64,000 nt of DNA. It comes from Chloroflexota bacterium. GTDB taxonomy: Bacteria; Chloroflexota; Anaerolineae; UBA7937; B3-Chlor. Where the stretch lies: contig JAUVXJ010000013.1 in assembly GCA_030603665.1 (NCBI GenBank), positions 23,910 through 87,909 on the forward strand, given 5' to 3'. Position numbers and translations under genes: made by a program. The notes under the pieces are model-generated. The model had not been told where the DNA came from. It ran no database searches and worked only from the letters and a program-made list of their open reading frames with translations. Below, in pieces: positions 9,001 to 17,532 of the stretch (its first letter is position 1; every line of letters begins with the position of its first letter).

Positions 9001-9389
9001 GTTGTTCCTTCTCCCTCCCGATCGCCGATCTCCTGTTGGATGCCTAGCGCCCGCTCGTAGTAGTCCATCGCCTGCTCATCCTGCCCCAGGTCGTAGTGGA
9101 CCACCCCGATGTCGTTCAGCGCCTCTGCTTCCCCCGCCCGGTCTCCGATCTCCTGTCGGATAGCGAGCACAGCTTCCAACGTACTAAGTGCTCCCTGGTA
9201 GTCTGCGTCATTATAGAGGCCGACGGCTTCCTCATAGAGGGCATCGGCCTGTGCCTGCGGATCATCCTGAGTGGCTGGAGTAGCGGCGATTTGGGCTGGA
9301 AACAGGGCCAGAACTAGCGTCGCGACCAGCAGCCAGGCACCTATGCAATTGACCCACAACTTCCTCAGACTACTGCCGCTCCTCTTCAC
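6024..9389 (-). CDS. Exported TPR-repeat protein with a C-terminal CHAT (caspase-like) protease domain and a C-terminal hydrophobic anchor-like tail
   Basis: It has a signal peptide, MKRSGSSLRKLWVNCIGAWLLVATLVLALFPAQIAA. About 13 TPR_12-like 40-42 aa units follow (YEQALDYYQRALAIQQEIGDRAGEG.TLNNIG.VY). It then has a CHAT core, with the His-Cys catalytic dyad in LHIAAHG...LVVLSACQT...PYYWAAFVLTGD. It ends in GGRGPCWGAALPLVLVLPAGVQLWRGLHKATR. Confidence 0.85.
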   Translation of the reverse strand: MKRSGSSLRKLWVNCIGAWLLVATLVLALFPAQIAATPATQDDPQAQADALYEEAVGLYNDADYQGALSTLEAVLAIRQEIGDRAGEAEALNDIGVVHYDLGQDEQAMDYYERALGIQQEIGDREGEGTTLANIAAFYASVGQYEQALDYCQRALGIQQEIGDREGEGATLHNIGAIYSSLGQYKEALDYYQRALAIQREIGDRRHEGTVLDRIGTVYGNLGQNEEALDCHQQALAIQQEIGDRAGEGRALNAIGAVYRSLGRYDHALDYHQRSLAIRQEIGDRAGEGATLQNTGVVYWLLGQYERALDYHQRALAIQQEIEDPADEALTLNNTGAVYWSLGQYEEALVYFHQALAVYQEIGYRLGQGSGLNNIGLVYDYLGQDDRALEYYQRALAVQQEIGDRMGEATTLNNIGLVYHRHDDALEDTGDQTDESATRDSIGADESPNQYEQALDYYQRALAIQQEIGDRAGEGNTLYNIGTIYWTLGQHEQALVYHQRALTIQQEIGDRAGEGYTLDNIGSVYGSLGENEQALDYHQRALAIQQEIGDRRGEGKTLNKIGLAYEQLGLVSEAIAFYQQAADVVESIQKEIGIPELKGTYAAQEVAVYDRLVNLLWEEGRLQEAFEYAERARARALLDQLAGGLVDFRAGAPRILLDQEQTLRAEIAARRAQLVTLRNRPREQRDTSAIMDTQAELITLEADYEALLIELKLQSSELASLVSVDVASLAEIQGLLDANTTLVEYFVTEGRTLAFIITHDTFNALALDISREDLTETITIFRDFARLEDPHPASLQQLYAWLISPLRAYLTTSMLGIVPHNVLHYLPFAALTDGDRYLSDDHGLFTLPSASLLPFVKGKCKSESGNLLALGNPTIVEPMPALRFAEQEAISIAALFGTQAMTGEDATESVVWSQGGGAGVLHIAAHGEYDRNNPLFSTIYLAEDTQNDGRLEVHEVYGLDLTAATNLVVLSACQTQLGTLSAGDEVVGLSRAFLYAGTPSVLASLWSVDDEATALLMERFYTHLRAGMGKAEALRQAQIDVRAEYPHPYYWAAFVLTGDGGKLTGDVDVGVATEATTEVAEAALEPTPTTGGRGPCWGAALPLVLVLPAGVQLWRGLHKATR
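7560..9200. repeat. Intragenic tandem repeat array (about 120-126 bp units) encoding the TPR units of the CHAT protein
   Basis: The near-identical 40-mer ccggtcgccgatctcctgttggatagccagcgcccgctggt recurs about every 120 bp (for example near 7741, 7861, 7981, 8656, 8776, 8896, 9016). One divergent unit with an acidic insertion lies near 8040-8160. Confidence 0.8.
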
Positions 9390-10471
9390 TGGCTCAAATC
9401 CCCGAGACGTTCCTCCAACTCGGTCACTCGTTGCGCATCCCCCAAGACTTCGTATCCAGCAAGCGCCCGCTCCAGCCAGCGTACTGCGTGGTACACATTC
9501 CCCATCTTTCCATACATTTCCCCTAATCCAGCCTGCGCCGCCGCTTGCCCCTCTACATCTCCGGCGGCCTCCGCCAGCTCGACGGCCGTCGAGTATCGAG
9601 CCTCAGCCTCAAGGCTGACTCCAATGTGCCGATAGAGATCGCCCAACGTCCGGTAAACGGCCGCGGACTGGCTCCCAGCCTGCACCAACCTTTCGAGAAT
9701 CTCGATCGCTTCGGCAGTGAGATCATAGCCAGTGTAGAGCTGAGCCAAGCCAAAGGCTTCCGCGTCAGGTGTCAATCCCAGGTCAGCGAGTCTGCCAGCA
9801 GCGGCCCGCACGCGTTGGGCGTCATTGGCATTGAGCAAGGTGAGCCCCAGTCCAGGCACATCTTCATCCTGAGAAGATGCGCCATTGTCGGCTTCAACAA
9901 TGAGTAGATAGGTAGCCCCAGATTCGAGGGCTGGCTCACCCGGATAGGTCACACCAGACTCATCCGTCATCGTGCTCCAAATGATCCGGCCCGTGTTGGT
10001 GCCCTTGATCTGCACACTATAGATGGATGCACCTGGGATTTCATTCCAGCGCAGTATCGGCGTACCACTCAGGAGCTGAGTTCTCCGTGGGCTGATGATG
10101 TAGGGAATAGAGGGATCACCTACGCCGCGAGTACTGCCAAGCCCGCTTCCTTCACGCATTCGCGCAGTTTCCTCTGGCGCCGGGCAACCATTCATCACGC
10201 CAGATACCTTGCCGGCGAGCGGAGACCAGGCGGTAAGGTCGTCACAGAGGACAATTGCCCTCGCCTCGCTCGTCGGTTTCAGCAGGTCCCCGCGATGGAG
10301 CACTGCGCCAAAGGCCGTACGGTGGTAGTCCGACCACACCCCGCGCCTCAACCACACTTCGCCCTCGGCCACTATCAGCAGATTGACACTGCTGTCAGCG
10401 GGGGCAGCAGGAGTTGGCTGACTACAAGAGCCAGCAAGAGCTATCGGAATCAGTATCAGTGCTATCGACAA
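9386..10471 (-). CDS. Secreted hypothetical protein with a C-terminal TPR-like helical region, in the CHAT operon (4-bp ATGA overlap with the downstream gene)
   Basis: It has an N-terminal hydrophobic signal, MSIALILIPIALAGSCS. The middle looks beta-rich and the C-terminal helical region is Ala/Leu-rich. Its stop overlaps the CHAT gene start. Confidence 0.55.
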   Translation of the reverse strand: MSIALILIPIALAGSCSQPTPAAPADSSVNLLIVAEGEVWLRRGVWSDYHRTAFGAVLHRGDLLKPTSEARAIVLCDDLTAWSPLAGKVSGVMNGCPAPEETARMREGSGLGSTRGVGDPSIPYIISPRRTQLLSGTPILRWNEIPGASIYSVQIKGTNTGRIIWSTMTDESGVTYPGEPALESGATYLLIVEADNGASSQDEDVPGLGLTLLNANDAQRVRAAAGRLADLGLTPDAEAFGLAQLYTGYDLTAEAIEILERLVQAGSQSAAVYRTLGDLYRHIGVSLEAEARYSTAVELAEAAGDVEGQAAAQAGLGEMYGKMGNVYHAVRWLERALAGYEVLGDAQRVTELEERLGDLSQ

Positions 10472-10497
10472 AGATGCTGCGCGTCTGATCGTTCCTC

Positions 10498-11700
10498 CTA
10501 TTCTGCTTCCAGGCGTTGGCTAGCGAATCCGATCCATGCATCTTCATCTGGGTTGCGTGCACTGGCAAGTCTCAGGCAGTCTTCCCATTCAGGCCGAGCA
10601 CGTGCTGCGTCGCCCAGGCCTTCCAGCACCTGGGCGAGCAAACAGTGAGCAGGGGCCTCGTCCTTCGCCAGATCAATGGCGCTCCGTAGGTGATACTCTG
10701 CCTCGTCATAGCGAGCTTGGCCCAGTCGTGCCCAACCCAGGTTCTTGAGCATGTCGTACCTCACCTGGTCCTCCTCGGCGAGGTCTAGACCGCTCAACAG
10801 CAGGGAGACAGCTGCCGCATAGTCTCCGTCCAGCACGTATAAGCGAGCGAGGTTGTTGTAAGCCGCGTCGAGCCCGCCTTGCATCGCAATCCTGTACTCC
10901 GTGCGGGCAAGGTCGAGATCGTGCAGATCTTCGTATAGCAGCCCTAGGTTGTAGTGAGCTTCCGCGTAGTCAGGCCTGAGTTTGATGGCCCGGGAGTAGT
11001 CAGATTGGGCGCTATCCCATCGACCGCCACGGTAGTTCTCCAGACCGCGGTTGTTGTAGGAGACCGCGATCCTTGGCAAGGAGGAACGGAAAAGCATCAG
11101 GCCAAGCAAGAGTACCATCGTGAGGCCAAGCTCGGTTTCCTGCCACGCACTCCTAGGAATACGCAGACTCATGAGTATCCGCTCGATCGCCTTCCGCCCA
11201 GATGTACTCAGCGCGCCCCCAGCTACCAGCATGGTCACCACAATCTGAGCGATGACCGCAAAGACCCCCAGCGCATCTGGACCGTCAGCTAAGAACCTCC
11301 AGGAGATATCCACTATCAGGCTCAAGGATGCTATCAGGCACAGAACAGCCAGGACGCTCCACAGCCAATCGAGGCGTGCCGCCCGCTGAGGCTGCTTGGA
11401 GGTCTCAAAGAACCACCACCATGCCTCGGGTGATGGATTCAACGTGCTGCGCCATTGCGACAGTCCCGCCACCTGGGCGATAGACTCAGATTGCTTCCTC
11501 AGCCGGTCATCTAGCTCGACAAGGGTGATCAGGGTGTGCGCGGAGTCCTGCGTCTTGTCAGTCAATCTTGCGTGAACGGCATCGCGAGCGACAAGGGCTT
11601 CAAGAGCTTGCTCGGCTGATGGATGGGGGGCAGCGTCTTCCAGCACAGTGAGCTTGCTGCCATAGCGTCTGAGGGCACGCTCCAACTGCGAGGCAGTCAT
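10498..11700 (-). CDS. Membrane-anchored TPR-repeat protein, first gene of the CHAT operon
   Basis: It has three predicted TM segments (LWSVLAVLCLIASLSLIV, VFAVIAQIVVTMLVAGGAL, LGLTMVLLLGLMLF). C-terminal TPR motifs follow (AIKLRPDYAEAHYNLGLLYEDL...). It lies 26 bp upstream of the next gene on the same strand. Confidence 0.6.
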   Translation of the reverse strand: MTASQLERALRRYGSKLTVLEDAAPHPSAEQALEALVARDAVHARLTDKTQDSAHTLITLVELDDRLRKQSESIAQVAGLSQWRSTLNPSPEAWWWFFETSKQPQRAARLDWLWSVLAVLCLIASLSLIVDISWRFLADGPDALGVFAVIAQIVVTMLVAGGALSTSGRKAIERILMSLRIPRSAWQETELGLTMVLLLGLMLFRSSLPRIAVSYNNRGLENYRGGRWDSAQSDYSRAIKLRPDYAEAHYNLGLLYEDLHDLDLARTEYRIAMQGGLDAAYNNLARLYVLDGDYAAAVSLLLSGLDLAEEDQVRYDMLKNLGWARLGQARYDEAEYHLRSAIDLAKDEAPAHCLLAQVLEGLGDAARARPEWEDCLRLASARNPDEDAWIGFASQRLEAE

Positions 11701-12378
11701 TTGCTACCTCCTTCAAGGTAGGGAGACTGCATCCTTCGACTGACGTGTGAGCTCATTCCCATGTGCGGGCAACTTCCCTACTCTAGGGACGGCGGTCACT
11801 TGGCTGCCGGAGTAGAGCCGAAGTCACTGGATGATAGCACAAGTAGAGAGAGAGGGCAAGCCAGGTTGCCTATAGTGGAACGAGGCCCCGCTGTTGAGGA
11901 GAGAATGTACCAGAAGGTTTGATCAACCTCTGTATCTCGCAACGGGGCCTCAAGGGGATTCTAGCAGCAACGCCCATCGTCGGCAATCGACTCCCTCTCG
12001 ATACGCTTGACCTCTCGCTGAAACAACAGTGCTGACGCTGCACGAGCGGCTTGGTGTTCCGGGTTCAACTGTAGCACCGCTTGTAGAAAGCACCACTTGT
12101 CCTCAACGTCGTCGGTCTCTGCTGCCAGCCACAGCCAGGCGTGGATCACAAGGGGGCGGGGGCGGCGGACGAATCGGACCTTGAGTTTGGCCGCAGTGGT
12201 ACGGAGCTGGTCAAGCTTGGGAAGGCGGGAGCATCACCGATAGTGGAACCGTTGACCATGCCCAGCGGACGCGGCAAGAATCTCAGATCGCACGGGATGT
12301 CTTGGGGCGGAATGACAGATCACTACAGCGTTCAGGGTATCCCTCGGTCCTCACGGCAGCCGGGGCATGTTGCCTGCG

Positions 12379-12678
12379 CTAGATCAGGCCTTGACTCAGT
12401 TTCTCGTGCAGCATCTCCTCGTAGTCGGGGCCGGTAAGAGTGCAATCGACAAGGTGGTCGAACTCGTCATGGTTGAGCTGAAGATCCTTCCTGACAGATT
12501 CCTGAAAACCGATTCCCCACTCGCCACGCCCCTTTGGGACTCGGACCTTGAAGCGTTTCCGTCCCTCTAGGACAACCCAGTAGATCTCCTCTTTGCCGGA
12601 TCTGTACTGGCCCGGTACCTTCTTGTCCACCGCCGATCGGACTTTCTGCTTACGATATCTTTTCGCTCTTGGCGACAT
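12379..12678 (-). CDS. Small basic hypothetical protein (possible toxin-like partner), last gene of a 3-gene module
   Basis: It is an ORF with an Lys/Arg-rich N-terminus, MSPRAKRYRKQKVRSAVDKK. It lies immediately downstream of the HicB-like gene with an overlap, and I recognise no family. Confidence 0.35.
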   Translation of the reverse strand: MSPRAKRYRKQKVRSAVDKKVPGQYRSGKEEIYWVVLEGRKRFKVRVPKGRGEWGIGFQESVRKDLQLNHDEFDHLVDCTLTGPDYEEMLHEKLSQGLI

Positions 12679-13252
12679 AGTCTCGAAGTACCCTCGACCA
12701 AGCCGTGGGGAGCTTGCCAAGTTCTTCCGGGTCGGCCTCAGTCAGTTCCTCGTATAGAAGTATGACTTGGTCCTTGAGGTCATTGACTGCCTCAGCAGGC
12801 GTGGTGCCCCAGCCGCGGGCCTCCACTTCCAGGAACGTCGCGACCGCTTCGTCGCGGTACTCTTCGACCACGACGGGAATCGGATGCCGGAGGGAGTATG
12901 ACGATGAGTTTAGATCAACGATCGCGGTGCTGGTCACGACCGGTCTACTCAGCAATGCTTCGCTTAGCTCCAATACTGCACCCTCCAGCCTCTCCAACCT
13001 GTCTTCGAGGTTGGCCGGCGTGCGGGTGCCAAGCTCCCCCGTGCGCATCATGGAGAGCCACTGCTGGCCGAGTGTGGGCCACTCCTGAGAGTACTCTAGT
13101 GGTAGGATGTCCGTCGACAAGGCAACCGGATCCTCCCAATGACCCTCGTCGTACTTCAACACCAAGCGTACCGATTCGCCAATCTTCAGGGTGCCGCGGG
13201 CGATTGTGGGGTCGTCCTTCCACGCACCGTCCAGTTCTTTCCACTCACTCAT
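12650..13252 (-). CDS. Hypothetical protein with a C-terminal HicB-like (UPF0150 / RNase-H-fold antitoxin-like) domain
   Basis: The C-terminus IPVVVEEYRDEAVATFLEVEARGWGTTPAEAVNDLKDQVILLYEELTE matches the HicB pattern. The likely true start is MSEWKELDGAW, which gives an 8-bp overlap with the upstream gene. Confidence 0.5.
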   Translation of the reverse strand: MSEWKELDGAWKDDPTIARGTLKIGESVRLVLKYDEGHWEDPVALSTDILPLEYSQEWPTLGQQWLSMMRTGELGTRTPANLEDRLERLEGAVLELSEALLSRPVVTSTAIVDLNSSSYSLRHPIPVVVEEYRDEAVATFLEVEARGWGTTPAEAVNDLKDQVILLYEELTEADPEELGKLPTAWSRVLRDYVAKSEKIS

Positions 13253-13895
13253 CTGGCCCACCAAACTCCTTCGAAATACCCGCCGCGAATCGCAGGACGT
13301 CACTAGGCAGCTCTGGCGTGAATCTTGACAAGTACTCAAACGATATCAAATGTCTCACCGTGTCGGCCTTAGGTGGTGCATGATCGATGATTATGTCATA
13401 CAAGTGTGCTTCGTCTCGCACCTTGGCCAAGTGCACCCCTCGGATATCGGTGTAGGGCAATCTCGTTGCGTGACCGACTACAAGAGGCATGGGAACACAC
13501 GAGACATATTCGCTCGCTCGATATCGGAAACTGGCTCGGCAGTCGAACGCGTGCTCCTCAGGCATGTCAGAAAGCATGTGTAGCATGTCAAGCACGGGTC
13601 TTGTCCCCTCGGGCACTGGCACAGATGCCGTCGTGCCAACCGAATAGGTCAAAACAAGCCGATATTCTTCACCTCCTGGTTTGACCTGGACAATGCTACC
13701 CAAGCAGGCGTGTTCGACCCGACTCCTCCGGTACTCAGTATAGAAGAAAGCGACGCTTCTGCCTGAGGAGGCTCTCACCGCGTATTCGACCAGTAGGTCG
13801 GTGAAGGATGCGGAATCGAGCTCTAATAGGGCCTCAAGGGCCAATTCCGTAGCAGATGATCGTACTAGGTCGAGTCTTGAGGGGTCGCTAGCCAT
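13245..13895 (-). CDS. Hypothetical protein, first gene of the 3-gene module
   Basis: It is a 216-aa ORF with coding-like composition. Its stop overlaps the next gene's start. I recognise no motif. Confidence 0.4.
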   Translation of the reverse strand: MASDPSRLDLVRSSATELALEALLELDSASFTDLLVEYAVRASSGRSVAFFYTEYRRSRVEHACLGSIVQVKPGGEEYRLVLTYSVGTTASVPVPEGTRPVLDMLHMLSDMPEEHAFDCRASFRYRASEYVSCVPMPLVVGHATRLPYTDIRGVHLAKVRDEAHLYDIIIDHAPPKADTVRHLISFEYLSRFTPELPSDVLRFAAGISKEFGGPDE

Positions 13896-14125
13896 TAGCG
13901 CTCGATGGCGAGGTAGTTCGCGGGCGTCATTAGATTCTTCGCTCTCACGGGCGTCCGCATTGTCTTGCGCGACAGCATACGAGCAGGAAGCCCGTTGGAT
14001 GGCGCTTCCCGAGCACTACACGATCGCCCGCTCAGTGCTGACGCAACCGCCAGCTCACCATACGCAGAGTCGGGCGAATCACATGCCGGCGGACTCACTG
14101 CCAATGGAGACATTGTACATCGATT

Positions 14126-15262
14126 CTCCAAGAATGTCAACCCAAGCACAACACCCGCTCCAGCTCTACCGCCGTATTTGCGCTCCACACGGGCAGGCGT
14201 GTGGCTACTGCGGTAAGGCACCCAAGCTGACCAAGCCCACACTATGAGGCAGCCAAAATGTGGTGCCAGCGTGGCAGAACGAATTGCCGCCCCGCTCGAT
14301 CCAACGTACAATGGGTTGGCCTCACTGACTATAGATGTATCACCAAGCTGAAAGGCGCTCCAGATGCGCTGGAGTATTGTCCACAACGTGCTCATGACTG
14401 GACCGCCCGGAGCTGGCAAGACTCTCATGGCGCGGTCCTTGCCTTCCATCCTGCCCAGCATGACCATCGAGGAAGCCCTCGACGTGACCAAGATCTACTC
14501 CGTCTCTGGTCTGTTGCCCCCTGAGACCCCCCTCATCCGCCACCGTCCTTTCCGCGCCCCCCACCATACCATCAGCCACGCCGGTCTCGTGGGCGGCGGC
14601 CAGTGGCCTCGCCCAGGGGAGATCAGCCTAGCCCACCACGGAGTGCTTTTCCTGGACGAGGTCCCAGAGTTCGGCACCCGGGTGCTAGAGGTGATGCGCC
14701 AGCCCATGGAGGACAAGGTGGTGACCATCAGCCGGGCCCAGGGTACCCTCACCTTCCCAGCCAAGTTCACCCTGATAGGAGCCATGAACCCCTGTCCGTG
14801 TGGCTACTTCGGAGACCCTAGCCGGGAGTGCACCTGCGCCCTGTCCATGGTCAGCCGGTACCAGAAGCGCCTCTCGGGACCCCTACTGGACCGCATCGAC
14901 ATCCACATCGACGTGCCGCGGGTGGATTATGAGAAGCTAACCGACGATCGTCTGGGCGAGCCGTCGGAGGCCATCCGCAAGCGCGTGGAGAAAGCCCGCC
15001 GCGCACAGCGCCAGCGCTTCGAGGGCACGCCAATGACCTGCAACGCAGACATGGGCCCCGCCGAGGTTAGAGAGTATTGCCAGGTCGATGACGCGGGAGG
15101 GAGCCTGCTGCGGGCAGCCATGGAGCAGCTGCAGATGAGCGCCCGAGCCTTCCATCGCGTGCTCAAGCTGGGCCGCACCATCGCCGACCTGGCCGGGTCG
15201 GAGACCATCGAGACCGCCCACCTGGCCGAGGCTATCCAGTACCGGCCCAGGACGCACATGTA
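14126..15262 (+). repeat. Direct repeat, copy 2 (pairs with 556-1684)
   Basis: See copy 1. Confidence 0.85.
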
Positions 15263-15263
15263 A
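14364..15263 (+). CDS. comM: YifB/ComM-family AAA+ ATPase, truncated form, second copy
   Basis: The protein is identical to copy 1 apart from the first 6 residues and one S/G change. Nearly all nucleotide differences are synonymous. Confidence 0.8.
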   Translation: MRWSIVHNVLMTGPPGAGKTLMARSLPSILPSMTIEEALDVTKIYSVSGLLPPETPLIRHRPFRAPHHTISHAGLVGGGQWPRPGEISLAHHGVLFLDEVPEFGTRVLEVMRQPMEDKVVTISRAQGTLTFPAKFTLIGAMNPCPCGYFGDPSRECTCALSMVSRYQKRLSGPLLDRIDIHIDVPRVDYEKLTDDRLGEPSEAIRKRVEKARRAQRQRFEGTPMTCNADMGPAEVREYCQVDDAGGSLLRAAMEQLQMSARAFHRVLKLGRTIADLAGSETIETAHLAEAIQYRPRTHM

Positions 15264-15508
15264 GTCTGTCGGCTTGTTGCGACGCTCTGGATGCGCGATG
15301 AGGAGCATCGCCAACTCGCGCAGACAGGAGTGTTACTACTGGTGCGTTCGATGGGCCTAGCCCAGGGGGTTCTGCCCGAGAGGGTGGCAATCTCAGTTCC
15401 GCAATCTCATTGGGAGGGGCGGCGTCAACCCAGAAACGGCAGATTTCTGGACCTCTGCGCAGTATCGCGGAGACAGATGAGGAGGTTGGATCACCAAGGA
15501 GGAGAGAG

Positions 15509-16213
15509 ATGAGGAGGAAATCGCTGCTCGTAGCAGCATCGGTGTTGGCCCTGTGGATACTGCTAGTGACGCCAGCGTTCGCTCAGGGTCCATCGCCTGA
15601 GGAGAAACTACAGGAACTCGCTTCCCAGGCTGGGCCGGCCCAATTCGTGATGTGTGGGCTCGATTTCTGCGCCTACGTCACCAACGAGGACAACCTGAAC
15701 AACGCCGGTGTGGACACCGCCGACAATGACATGGGATGGAATCGGCCGCTGTACGATGCCATATATCGCACCTGCCAGGGCAATGCCAAGCATCCCATCG
15801 AGTCCACCATCGACGTGCCCAGCGCGCCCTTCAACACCGACGCCACACTCTCCCTCAACGCATTGGACACCGGCATCCTGTGGCCGGATATTCAACGCGT
15901 CGAGTTAAATGGATCGTTGTGGGAACCGGAGATAGAGTACGTCCACACCAATCCAGACGGCCGGACCTGGGTCTGGTGGCAAGGCCACATCGACCCCGCT
16001 CACGTACGAGTGGCCCCCAGCCAGAATCTGGTGAGGGTATACCTGAAGAGTGGGCGATGCATCCAGCTCGGGGGCAGCTTCATTCTCATGACCGACCACG
16101 CCATCGTCCTCGAGGAAGAGTTCGTGCCCGAGCCCGGTACCATCGTCCTCCTAGGTAGCGGGATGGCTGGGCTGGCAGGATATGCCAGCTGGCGCTGGAG
16201 GACGAGAAGGTAG
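15509..16213 (+). CDS. PEP-CTERM sorting-domain secreted protein
   Basis: It has the signal peptide MRRKSLLVAASVLALWILLVTPAFA. The C-terminus VPEPGTIVLLGSGMAGLAGYASWRWRTRR shows PEP, a TM segment and an Arg-rich tail. An RBS ggagg lies upstream of the ATG at 15509. Confidence 0.75.
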   Translation: MRRKSLLVAASVLALWILLVTPAFAQGPSPEEKLQELASQAGPAQFVMCGLDFCAYVTNEDNLNNAGVDTADNDMGWNRPLYDAIYRTCQGNAKHPIESTIDVPSAPFNTDATLSLNALDTGILWPDIQRVELNGSLWEPEIEYVHTNPDGRTWVWWQGHIDPAHVRVAPSQNLVRVYLKSGRCIQLGGSFILMTDHAIVLEEEFVPEPGTIVLLGSGMAGLAGYASWRWRTRR

Positions 16214-16360
16214 TGCCCCTGTACCAAGCGAGGGGGCGGCAAAGGGGCCAGCAAGCAGCAGTGTCCTGGTCTCCGGTATCGGACCGCCGGCTCCCATGGC
16301 AGCGGGCAGACGGGGCCCTCAAGGAGCCGCCCAGTCGACGCGCGCGAAAGGAGAGTCCAA

Positions 16361-17365
16361 ATGACGAGGACCCTGGTAGCGACCGCGCTCCTCGCGGTAG
16401 CCCTGCTGACGCTCCTCACCGGCTGCGGTCAACTGGCAACACAGGTACCTGCACCGACCCTACCGCCAGAGCCATCGGCCACTCCGCCGCCGCCCACCAA
16501 CACTGTGCCACCTACACCGCCTGAAACGGTCACCGCCCCTCCGCCCGCTGCCACGCCGACCAGCACTCATATCCCTACTCACACACCGGGGCCAAGGATA
16601 CTTGCCTTCCAGATCACGCCGACCGCCACGGCCAACGTGGGCGACGTACTCACGATGTCCTGGCAGGCAACGGGCGAGCGGGCCGAGATCTGCCCCGTCG
16701 GTGCCTTGGGACCCATCGAGCAGCTTTGCCGTGCCGTGTCCGTGTCAGGGAGCACACAGTGGACGACCGACGAAGAGGCGATGAGCTACTCCGGCTTTGC
16801 CCTGCGGGCCTGGTATGGCACGGCCAATACGCTGAAGGTCGTCGAAGTCAAGCTTCAGTGCCAGAACCTGCGCCAGTGGTTCTTCCCCAACCCCCCGCAG
16901 AACTGCCCCGCCGCCCAGGCCGCTACCTCCTATGCTGTCGGTCAGTATTTTGAGGACGGCTTCATGATCTGGATCCAGGAGCCAGACAGCTTCTACGTCT
17001 TCTATCAAGGCCAGGACGCAGCAGGGTTCCAGACCTTCGACTGGGTCATTGATCCCGGCACGGCGCTCAAGCGGGGCGCCTCGCCCGACAACCGGGTTGG
17101 GGAGCCGACGCCAGCTGGCCTGTTCGAGCCGGTGAGCGGCTTTGGCATGGTCTGGCGAGGAGAGATCAACGGCATCCGCCCCGACGTACGTGAGCGCCTG
17201 GGCTGGGCGACTGAGCCCGAATTCGCCTTCGACAGCGCCCACCAATGCATGACCCTATCGCTAATGCGCTACTGGGTCTGTTTCCAGCGCGGACCGCGCG
17301 GCGAGATCCTGCACCTGCACCCCGATTCGACCGCCCAGGTGCGCTTTCTTTGGGAAGAATGGTAG
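16361..17365 (+). CDS. Lipoprotein with a Pro/Thr-rich linker, function unknown
   Basis: It has a lipobox LLTGC after the signal peptide. A PT-rich low-complexity stretch is followed by a globular Cys-containing domain. Confidence 0.6.
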   Translation: MTRTLVATALLAVALLTLLTGCGQLATQVPAPTLPPEPSATPPPPTNTVPPTPPETVTAPPPAATPTSTHIPTHTPGPRILAFQITPTATANVGDVLTMSWQATGERAEICPVGALGPIEQLCRAVSVSGSTQWTTDEEAMSYSGFALRAWYGTANTLKVVEVKLQCQNLRQWFFPNPPQNCPAAQAATSYAVGQYFEDGFMIWIQEPDSFYVFYQGQDAAGFQTFDWVIDPGTALKRGASPDNRVGEPTPAGLFEPVSGFGMVWRGEINGIRPDVRERLGWATEPEFAFDSAHQCMTLSLMRYWVCFQRGPRGEILHLHPDSTAQVRFLWEEW

Positions 17366-17532
17366 AACGGTCGCCGCGAACCAGGCGGGGTGGAGTAGGT
17401 GTGGTTCAGAAGCAACCGGATGCGGTAACCCCGCCGTCCCTCGCGCAAGGCAGCGCGATGTGCTAGAGTCACAGTGAGAGACGTTTTGGAACGCTTGTAC
17501 TCATCAGATATTGGACCGAAGGAGGTAGCAGA

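Noticed and set aside
7560-9200. Regularly spaced, near-identical repeats that could resemble a CRISPR array.
   Set aside because: The units are about 120-126 bp, they are contiguous without unique spacers, and they sit in frame inside a TPR-encoding gene.
11961-12149. A small minus-strand ORF with a TPR-like fragment between the CHAT operon and the HicB-like module.
   Set aside because: At 62 aa with no start context it is too short. It is likely a gene remnant, so I did not call it a feature.
1686-15263. Integrase, transposase or att-site evidence for mobility of the repeat-bounded segment.
   Set aside because: No recombinase-like ORF or terminal inverted repeats were found by eye. Mobility therefore remains only inferred from the repeats, the comM context and the cargo type.
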